Assembly: GCA_003427395.1 (NCBI GenBank)
Contig: BFEA01000012.1
Location: forward strand, 4,356,326-4,420,325
Length of the DNA: 64,000 nucleotides
From: Chara braunii
Lineage: Eukaryota; Plantae; Charophyceae
Direction: 5' to 3'
In this document: in pieces, positions 50,726-60,445 of the stretch
Layout of the letters: every line of letters begins with the position of its first letter
Numbering within the stretch: the stretch's first letter is position 1
Translations under genes and position numbers: made by a program
Notes under the pieces: model-generated
Told to the model about the DNA's origin: nothing
The model's database searches: none
What the model saw: only the letters and a program-made list of their open reading frames with translations

Positions 50726-53372
50726 TATTTCGTTTTTTTTTTTTTAAAATCTACGCGACTACCCACTGCGGATTCCCTAGTCGTTTGTCGTCTTGTTTGT
50801 GAGAGGTTGAGTCCATTGTGGATTCTCCAACCACCTGTATTGTGAATAAACAAGGGAAAGTTTGAAGCTATAATTTTGATTAATTCATATACGAGATCTT
50901 TATGTTAGGAAAAATGTTTGAAAATGTTAATGCAGACGATGAAACTTTGATTAATGAACTTTTGTTTGGCTTTGCTCAAATGTATTGTGTCGTGATTATG
51001 CATCTTATTTATGCTCAACTGCTTTGCACTATGTTTTTATAGGCTTAGTCTGTTAGTGTGCGCTTTATACTTGAGTTATATGCAGATAGTTGTTATTTTT
51101 TTGTTTTTGTTTTTTGTATTTTTATGGATGCTTGCTTTGGTCTGATATTTGCTTACTACTCAATTTAGTAGAAATTTTGGGGACTCCTTTCTTTCTGGAG
51201 GATGTTGTCGATATTTTTGTTAAATCTCTAAAAATAATCAAAACCATGAGGGTTTGTGGGGTAGAAATAGTCATGCTCCTTTTTTTTTGACTCAGTAGAA
51301 ATTCGCGAAGCCTCCATCACTAAGGGAAGTGTTGCCAATTGTTTTGCTGAATTGAAGGCAACTTGACTACACTGCTTTTTTTTTGACTTAGTACAAATTC
51401 GTAAAGCCTCCGTCATTAATGAAAGTGCTGTCAATTTTTTTTTTGAATTAAAGGCAACCTAGGTTATTTTTAGCTTATCTCTCTTGAGATTTTTCTTCAA
51501 ATCTGGGTTAGTAACAATTCTGAAAGCATGAAGATGCTGCCGAAATTTTTACTAAAACCCGGGAGTTATATAAATTTTAGTCTTAATCTTAGGTTATATT
51601 TTATTTTTTATTTTTCGTTCGATAGATATTTTGCAAGCACACTTCCATAGGGGAAGTAATGCCCTAATCTTTATTAACTTAATATTATTAGTGGACATTA
51701 TCGTTAGATAATTGACAAGACGATACGGAGTTGATCTCCAATAACATGACAGGTGGCGCCCACTTTGGTTTTGTGGCACGAGTCGACGCTACCTGCGAGT
51801 ACCTTTTGACGTTTTGGGCTTCATCAACTTCTGCTATCAGTTGATAGTAAATCGGTTTGCGACTCAACCTTCGCCCTCCATGATACTTGCACCTAAATGT
51901 CTATGACTTTGTAGGCAAATGACATCCCTTCGAGAATATTTCTCTCCATTTTTTAACCTCTACTTGAATGGTCATGCAAAAGTCGTGTAAAAAAGAGTGA
52001 AAATAGAATGTCATTGTTGAGGAGGGGTCAGAAAGTAGCGTGTGGGACATGCTTAGGTGACGAAGGGGTTGACCACGTTAGTGGCGCTTGCATGTGGATT
52101 TTTGTTGGGCTTGTGTATGTGCAGGTATGTATTGCAGCAAGGAATTGCTCCTGGTTTGAGAGTGATATGAATGGGTGAATGCAGGATGTGGGTGACAAGA
52201 TTCAACTCTCACAATGGTTGTGAGAATGATTGTCCTTGATTTTCTTTGAGACTGTCTCCTCCCTTTTCATTTTCACCTTCTCTTGCCGCTCACATGTTAC
52301 GAAAAGGCAGGAGCAGTTGAGTGTGAGGCATAGCGCTCGACTCCTGACCGAAATAAGACTCGGTTCGGGTACGGAGCATTGCTCGCTAAACCGCGTCTAC
52401 TTTTTTGTCTTCTTTCTACAAGACATAAACGAGCGGACCCTATCTTGAAGGGTTTGTTTTTAAGATTAATGGTTGAACGTTAGTCCTGAACTTGAAATTC
52501 GAGGTTATTGTCCAGGACATTCCAGGTTCTGATCCAGCACTGAAGGGTTTCCCTTATGTGTTGGACTCTCAATCCTTGCTCACCGCCACCCACTGCCTAA
52601 AAGTCAGGGGTGCCGCAAGGGTTGAACGACTTATCCTTCAACCGTTCTGTAACGGGAGAGAGATCCGCTTCACAATAATTCATTTTTGACACTTGAGTAT
52701 CGAGCGCAACCCTTAAACCCATGAGAGGTTGCACGGTTGTGGGTAACACATGAAGTGTCGCTACGACAATCGATCAAGTGAGTGCACATGATTAAGTGTT
52801 GTGGCCTCCCTCGCACGTGCATTTCGTTTTATGCAGCTTTGCGAGGGCCTCACCAGACACTTTAGCGTCTCTTGGGTTATGGGTTGGAACGTTTGAAAAA
52901 GGGACTAGGTACATATGTGTATGTGAATTAGCAATATTATTTTATTGTTTAAGTTTGGATGTCCCAGTCAACCGATGTAAAACCACTCATGGGAGATCAA
53001 CATCCCACGAGACTGTTCGTGTATGGGTCCGACCTAGGCGTGGACTGCACGTACCCCCTATGTTACAGTGTATGAGAAACGCCTTCAACTAGGCCACCTC
53101 CGCAATTGCATGTAAAACTTTCATGTGTGGTTCAGTAGCTCAGCGGGGATACGCCCACCCAAGGAATTGTGACAACTCCCGCGAGTGGAGGTAAGTTGTT
53201 ATCTCCCGAAGCCCTATCCTGTCGTAGGGGCTCAATGGAGGTATAGCTGACCCACTCGGTCGGAGCGGCTCCGTTGTTTCCCCTTGCGTGATGCGACTCA
53301 CGAATCGACCAATTCTGTGTGACGCGGCCGGTAAGGTCACCGTTGTGGGGACCGTGCGCTCAACAACACTAT

Positions 53373-53590
53373 CCGCCAACCACGATCTGTTGTGAGAGGG
53401 TTGAGCGTGAGCATGCCGTTGGGACCCGAAAGATGGTGAACTATGCTTAAGCAGAGGGAGACTAGAGGATACTCTGGTGGAGGCTCGCAACGACATTGGC
53501 GTGTAAATCACTCGTCGGACTTAGGTATAGCGGCGAAAGACTAATAGAACTGTCTAGTAGCAATTTCTCTCTGAAGTTTTCCTCCGATAT
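53373..53590 (+). pseudogene. Degenerate cytosolic LSU (25/26S) rRNA fragment, copy 1
   Basis: GAGCATGCCGTTGGGACCCGAAAGATGGTGAACTATGC...CTCTGGTGGAGGCTCGC...GGTATAGCGGCGAAAGACTAATAGAACTGTCTAGTAGC...GAAGTTTTCCTC is the conserved eukaryotic LSU core after D3, with many substitutions. Confidence 0.92.
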
Positions 53591-54042
53591 AGAAGTTTCA
53601 TTCTTTCCTCGCGTCATCTCCGTCCTCATTGCGCGACCTTCTTCCAAGTGTCATGAAGCTCCTTCCCCTTTGGACCGTGGTCGTCATCGTCCTTATGCAC
53701 GCCGAGACTTTCTTCTCCTAAGTTGTCTGGTGGCCAACATTTAAGTCTTCGCCTCCTTCGTGATTACTAAGATTTTGTGCAGACTATCCGAGTGCATCTT
53801 CCCATATTCTAGTGGAAGATTCATCTCGTTTCTGGGTGTTTCACAACGAGATTCATTTGTGTTTTCTTGTCGCTGCTTTCTTCACGAGGAGGAGTTTGCC
53901 AACAATCCAAGGGGCGAGGCCTTGCAACATTCAGTAGCTCAGCTCACACCCATCATCCTCTGATATTCCTTTGGGACGCTGGTCGGTGTGATGTGCCTAT
54001 GTTCCCTCCCACCATCGCACCTCACGGCCGCTCGTTACACGT

Positions 54043-54066
54043 CTGGTTGATCCTGCCAATAGTCAT
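54043..54066 (+). pseudogene. Isolated 5' end of 18S rRNA
   Basis: CTGGTTGATCCTGCCAATAGTCAT matches the universal SSU start at 23/24 positions. There is no colinear continuation. Confidence 0.75.
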
Positions 54067-55977
54067 GCAGCATATCCTAGTGAAAGGTAAGGTTTCATAT
54101 TCGTATGCTTGGTGAAACAGTGGAGCAAGGTCCTTGGCAACAGTCGTATTCGCCCCTCACACCTTTGCGAGGCAATGCCATCTCCTTCATAGTCGAGATC
54201 CTCGTCCATATGGGCCCATTCTTGCGTGAATCTAGCTGCATTTTCGATTAAGTGTGTCAGTTGAAGCTGTATCGATTCAACTGCAGGAGGGTGGAACGAA
54301 TGAAGAGCCTGGCGACAATGTTGGTGAGCGTTGTATAATCCAAACTTTGGAAAACACATAATATGATCAGTCATTGAGATCTCCTGAGCTGCATTAATCT
54401 AGTTCCTTCAATATTTTGTTGAGTAATGCTAGTCCGACCTTCTCATCTTTGGGTTTCGGTGTAAACCTTGTGTGAACTCTCTAAGTTCGACCTCGCTCAA
54501 TGTTTGTGGTGACCCCGTTGCTCTTTGCTAATGAGTGAGTCGGCGCTGTTCGATTACCGATTGACGACACGTATCTGGTCATGGTGGTTGTCTGCATGGT
54601 CAACATCTACATGTACTTTGATCATTGTTGCAGACAACGACATGTGCTTTGTCTGCGTTGTGATGGTGGCGAATAACATATTTTTGTTGACACTTGAGTC
54701 CAGTGCTTCAACCTTCTATCAGTGTTATATGAATGTAATTCTAGGTTTTTGACAACTTCAACTATCTAGCTCTCATTATGATATTGCAATTTGAAAATTC
54801 TGCATTCGACGGTGGACCAAAAACTTTGCAACATTTCGATGGTTCATCTCTTTCCACTTTCCAACGGTGTTGTGTTATTGCAATAACCTCGCTGGACATT
54901 GTTGGGTCTTGCTGCGCATACTAGCACTGTGCCTTGTCGGGGCATGCTGCGTTCGCCGTGCACGGACGTTGTGCATTGCTATGCACACAGTGTTTTGTTG
55001 TGTTTTGACAGGGCACTTGTCGTGTTAACCGTTGTACATTCATTGCGCAGTTGTTGTGCATACATTGTATATTGAGATATTTCACGGCGCATCACCGTTG
55101 AGCCTTTTCTATTGCATGTTGTTGGGGATTTGATGCGTAAGCCTGTATTCGAATAGGGACAAGGGGGGGTGCTTTATTCGAACGCTATTTCCAAGACATT
55201 GCCAATGCGAATACCCTTATAAGGGTATCCGCCCAATTTTTTTCAAGTGACAGAAAATAAGTTGTGATTCAAAAAATTGAGTACACCTCGCGAGTCGAGG
55301 CTGTATTTTCTTCTACGCTGACTAAATTGCTTGACTAAAAATAGAGAGTGTGTGGCCATGTAGATTTGAGGCACACATTATTTTTTTTCTTTGTTAATAA
55401 TTGTAAAGTCGGCACAGTTGCCAGCCAATTTGTTTATTTTTTTTATTACACTAGGATTAATGATGTTTCTCTTGGTTGGTGTGTTTAACCGTAGTGCGCG
55501 TGCGCTCGTGTGAAATGGCAGAAACAGACTCTTCGCTTGAATATGTATTTGACTATTGTCTAAATATAGCAGATCAAATTCTTTCTCAGCCAGAAGGAAT
55601 AGTTCCAAATAGAAACTATCTTCCAATATATACGTATATATTGGCAAAAAAAAAAAAAAAAAGAAGTGATTTTTACTTTAAAAGTAGGTGATTCAATCTC
55701 ATTTTCTCCTATAGTGTGTGGGGGAATAAAACGCGGGTCAGGCCTCTGTGTGGTAGGCACGGGAGCTTAGCAGCTATGGTTTCGATCGATAGGCGAAGAG
55801 GTAACCTTTGTGGGTTTCGGGAAACCACACGCCGAACGATATGTGTTTATATGGGTTTGCGCGACTGTTAATACCAGCCTTGGGCCTAGTACTATTGGTT
55901 ACGGTGTCAGACTCTCATCCAGGAAACTGAAGGATCAAGGTCAGCAGGCAACGACGCAGAAGGACTGGATATGTCAA

Positions 55978-56847
55978 CATCGGCTCCCGCCTTTTTTGCA
56001 AAGGAGAGAGCCCTCCTGACCGTGTCACGCAAGAGTTAAATAAAACAAAATCGAGAGACAACTTAGGAACGGCGCATAATAACCCCGCAAACCGTCGAGA
56101 CGGGCGTGGTCACATTGTCCCTTTGGCGCTCTAGCCGGGTGCGCCAGCAGTACTTCCCGCGGTCCCCTACAATAGGATAGGTTCCCGCAGGGCACAACTT
56201 ACCTTTCGTAAGGGGTTGTCACCACCCTTAGGGGCGTATCCCTACCGAGCTACTGACCCACGCGCGAAAGTTTTTGAATGCAATCGTAGAGGTAGGTCAG
56301 TCGAGGGCGTTTGCTCGTTTGGTATGATATAGATACGCTTGGTTAAGGCCAAGTGGACCCGAACGTCGTTCTTCTTTAAGGACGCTGATCTCCCAAGTAC
56401 GAAGTGAACGTCGGTCGACTAGGAAGCATCGACTCCTGCCTTTTTTGCAAAGGCGAGAGTCCTCTCGACCATGTCACTCATAAAACAAAATCGAGAGACA
56501 ACTTAGGAACCGCGCATAATAACCCTGCGAACTGCCGAGATGGGCGTGGTCGCATCGTCCCTTCGTTACTCTAACCGGGTGCACCAACTGTACTTCCCGT
56601 AGTCCCCTACGACAAGATAGGTTCCTGCGGGGCACAACTTACCTTCCCTAAAGGGTTGTCACCACCCTTAGGGGTGTATCCCTACCGAGCTACTGCATCG
56701 AAGGGACGATGAGACCTCGCCCATCTCGGCGGTTCGCAAGGTTATTATGCGTCGTTCCTAAGTTGTCTCTCGATTTTGTTTTATTTAACTCCTGCGTGAC
56801 ATGGTCGGGAGGGCTCTCGCCTTTGCGAAAAAGGCAGAAGTCGATGC
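55978..56847. repeat. ~449-bp unit in 1.6 direct copies (55978, 56427) plus an inverted partial copy (56699-56847); a diverged inverted copy lies at 52963-53270
   Basis: Shared TAAAACAAAATCGAGAGACAACTTAGGAAC and GGCACAACTTACC...TATCCCTACCGAGCTACTG. The reverse complement aligns by eye with CAGTAGCTCAGCGGGGATACGCCC...GGTAAGTTGT...GTAGGGG at 53133. Confidence 0.9.
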
Positions 56848-57313
56848 GCTCGACAACGATGTCGGACTTTCATCCGGGAGACTTAAAGATCAAGATCATC
56901 GGGCTACAACGCAGAAGGACATGAGTGGCTTGAAGGAATCGGGGGGTTGAGGGTCTGATAGGGCTATTCCCTTTAGTTTTGCTATCGGTCGCACCCACGG
57001 GTCCAAATAGTTAGGGTCGAGGGGGTGTTAGAGGTTTTTCGCCATCCTTCTTTTACTATTTTTATTTATGTATATTTTATTTTATTCTTGCCCCGTTTTT
57101 CTGTCGGGACAGGTACCATTTCTAATGTCGGGTCCAAGGTCGGAACTGATACTAAAAACTGACAGGCCTAACTCAGTTGGTACAACTATGAATTGTTAAT
57201 TACAGATTTGAGCTCAAATTTCACTCAAACATAATGGTAAATTACCGCAGTTCGGGCTTGCCTACATTCGAGCAGCTCGATGTTGATATCTCGAGGTCGT
57301 GGCCCAACATTTG

Positions 57314-57397
57314 GTCCTTCGGGACATCCATTGAAATTGGGATGCTGCAATTAAGATTAACATGGTCCCTGCACAAGGATAACGCACATAAATCAAG
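57314..57397 (+). pseudogene. Strongly diverged U6 snRNA copy (5' stem-loop intact, catalytic motifs lost)
   Basis: GTCCTTCGGGACATCCATTGAAATTGG...AAGATTAACATGGTCCCTGCACAAGGATAACGCACATAAATCAAG. The ACAGAGA box is destroyed; no A tail or TSD is seen. Confidence 0.82.
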
Positions 57398-57849
57398 CTT
57401 GGGACAGGGTGACCTGTGCCGAGACTAGGAGGGAACCGATGGACGTAGCTTAGCTGGAATATTTGTGAACTATCGAAGTATAAGCTCAAGTTCAAACTCA
57501 AATGCCTGCTCTAAATCATCAAGGGGAGGCCAATCCCGGGGTTAGGCAGCAGGGTTATTTGCCCGTCTCAAGTACTTCAGAGCGTCCGATGAGCCACACA
57601 GAGTAAGCCAAACAGGCTCGACATCCACCCGCCTATTGACATGAACATGTGCGCGAGGATTTTGGACAAGTGCATTATGGATAGGGCAACTCGCGAGGTA
57701 GTGGTAACGGAGTTGGCAATAAAGTGGAGAGTTAAAAAAAACGATATGTCCAATGAACGAGGGTTTTTGGATTCTTACCTTTCGGATGGGAAAACGCTGT
57801 CAGACTGTGTGTTGATCGGCTTACGATAGGAGTAGAGTTAGCCAAAAGA

Positions 57850-57982
57850 AGAGGAAACTTTGGCAGAGGCTCACGACGATACTGACATACAAATCGTTGG
57901 TCTGAGTTGCGTTTAGGGACGAAGGGTTATCGAACTGTCTAGTGGTCGGCTCCCTTTAAAATTTTCCTCAGGATAAATGGAG
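57850..57982 (+). pseudogene. Degenerate cytosolic LSU rRNA fragment, copy 2 (same segment)
   Basis: AGAGGAAACTTTGGCAGAGGCTCACGACGATACTGACATACAAATCGTT...TCGAACTGTCTAGTGG...TTTCCTCAGGATAAATGGAG. Confidence 0.85.
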
Positions 57983-59619
57983 TTGATGAACAGTTTCGAT
58001 TACGCGCCTGTAGGATCTACTACTTGCGAGCGTGCGTTAGTACCGAAGAAAACAAGGGGGGCGACCACTCAGACATGGAAGAGGGAGGACAGAAACGGGA
58101 ACGCGAGGATAGCAAGGGATGAACTGGAACGACGATAAGCAATAGGTACATTCATTGCGAGAAAGGAAGAATGATGGCGGAGACATCTTAGTAGAACGAG
58201 GTGAGGAAAGAATCATCCCTGGGGTTTCAGCCTTGGACGAAGTGCATGAAATGGTTAGTTTTTCATTCAGAAGCTACTGGGAGTTAGAGCAAAAAAAACA
58301 GTCGCGAAGAGATCAGAGATGGCGATGAGGAGTAAAAGCGTGAATGACTGTTTAGTTATTCGGTCATTTCTCGACCGATTTCAATGATTGAAAATGCGAT
58401 TCTGGGGTTTCAGCAGAACGCGAGTTGAATGATCAACCCAAAATCGAGTCCAACGGGATGGTTTGGGTGGTGTGAGTATCACAGGCTACGCGCATGTATG
58501 ATAAAAATGAACTTGAGGGGGTGGAAAAAAACGTATTTCGATTGTTCCTTGACCAATTTGAACAAACAAAGTCGTTGGCGGGGGGTTTATAGCATGACAA
58601 GTGCGATAGTGGTGTTGAACTTAGAGGTTAGTAATTAATTTTTGTGCTATGTCGGTAAGAGACTGCGAGGAGGAGGAGAGGCTTTGAGATGAAATACATC
58701 TTTCCGTGTTCCAGTGGAAGATTGATTCTCATTTTACTCACCTAGTGAGTGTGTGAACGAAAGTCTTTCGTCATTATCAGGATCGACTTTTTCAGGCTCT
58801 TCATAGTGGTCGTTGGCGAGGTCTTCACAATCATGCCGCTCGCCTTCAAAATCTTCATAACCGGGTGATTTGTCGTAGCCGTATTTCCCCCCTTGGTAAT
58901 CTTGGTTGCGGCATCCTCTGGGTACTAATCATCATGCTAGCCATCATGCTTAACATTACTGCCGTGATCCTAATGCACGTCTCACTTGTTGTAACCACCC
59001 ACCTAGCCGTTGTGTGAGCCTAGCCGGATTAACAGTCAGATACGACCATACTGCAACAAGTGGAGCATGACAGAACAAGGCATGGGAGTCCGAGTGTGTG
59101 GGTGACATTGGTACGAAGAGAGAGAGAGAGGGAACTTACCACTAGAAGATTGACGATATTCCCGCCCACTTTCTAGCGAGAGATTCGTAATCGGATTACA
59201 AATGAAGATGAGGGCATTAGCGTGAGGAATTGCGGGATGTAACGTTCGGTAAGCTAGTGACAGGTTCATCCTGATCGTCTTTACCATGATGGATGATTAA
59301 GTTGTCTTCGCTGCGCGTGAAAGTTCGAATGAACTTGGTTTGAAGGTTATCCAAACGCACAGGGAACAATCACGTATACAATTTTTATGCATTGTACGAA
59401 CCCACTACACCCCTATTTTGTTGCATCTCTCTAGTCCGATTGAAGTGTATGCATGCAACCTTATGTTTTACTATTTTTTTATGAAATTTAATTAAATAAG
59501 ATAAAATAAAAGTTTGTGTAAATTTACCTTGTATTGTTGCTTGAAATTTAGACTAAATGGGATGAATTGGGGGAAGATGGGAGGAAGGTAGTTTTGCTTG
59601 CGTTAATTGAGTCCTCAAA

Positions 59620-60075
59620 GGACCAGACAATATGACTTTGGTTTGGCCTGGCCGTGTTGTTTATTCTGTTTCCTCTGCAACTAGACAATGTAGCTCCGGT
59701 CAGGTTCAATTGTTGTAGTATTGTTAATTCATCTTCTTTGCAGCCGAGCAATATGGCTTCAATCAAGCTTGACTGTTGTATTGTGTTGTCTTCTTAGGCA
59801 ATCAGACAATGTGGTTTATGTCAAGTATGATTGTCATACCTCTGTAAGTTATTATCCGTGCAGCCAGGCAATGTACCTCAGGTTAGGTCTTATTGTTGTT
59901 TTTGTAGTGATCTGCCTGCTGAAAGAGTTTAAGAGTTGGGTAACATGACTTTAGTAAGACCTAATTAGTTGTTTTCCTATGAGGGAGGTTTGAACTAAAA
60001 ATCTAAACAATGTGACAACGGTTTGGCTTAGTCTAAAGTCACACACATAATGAGAAACATGAGAAGATGATTTTT

Positions 60076-60112
<37 letters not shown>

Positions 60113-60445
60113 TACACTTTTTGAACAAGTTGGTCAGACAATGTGACTTCGGTTTAGTCTGACTATAAATTATCACAAAAAGGAAAAGAGTACTTAATTA
60201 AGAATATAACGAATGTAACCAAAGACAGACTAAACAATGTGACTTCGGTTTGACTCAGTCTTAGAGTTCAAAATATTGAAACTTCAACAAAGTTATTATA
60301 ACTTGAATATGAAAAACTTGGCAGGGCCAAACAATATAGCTTCGGTTTGGTCTTGTTAAACTGCCTCATGAATAAAATTAGTTGTGCCCTTTGTTTGTAT
60401 ATACAAAGGCAAGGATAAATAATATGGTTTCGATTTGACTCAACT
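59620..60445 (+). repeat. Array of 11 degenerate ~35-bp palindromic cores with variable spacers
   Basis: Core (A/G)CAAT(G/A)TG(A/G)CTTCGGT within inverted flanks at 59627, 59685, 59748, 59806, 59868, 59940, 60007, 60138, 60234, 60331 and 60419. Confidence 0.75.

Noticed and set aside
52706-52720. AACCCTTAAACCC as a telomerase RNA template
   Set aside because: Imperfect match to the plant TTTAGGG repeat and no supporting promoter or structure.
55380-55660. nad5/ndhF-like KSAQLP word in an AT-rich stretch (organellar insertion?)
   Set aside because: The expected following WLPDAMEGPTP motif is absent; probably chance.
55690-55970. Group I or group II intron suggested by hairpin-rich sequence
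   Set aside because: No domain V (GAGCCG...ACGGTTC) or group I R/S core elements were found by eye.
53373-57982. Functional rRNA or U6 genes
   Set aside because: Short, non-colinear, heavily substituted fragments; the U6 at 57314 lacks the ACAGAGA box.
59620-60445. True CRISPR array
   Set aside because: Eukaryotic context, no cas genes, degenerate repeats, variable period and partly homologous spacers. Kept only as an architectural curiosity.
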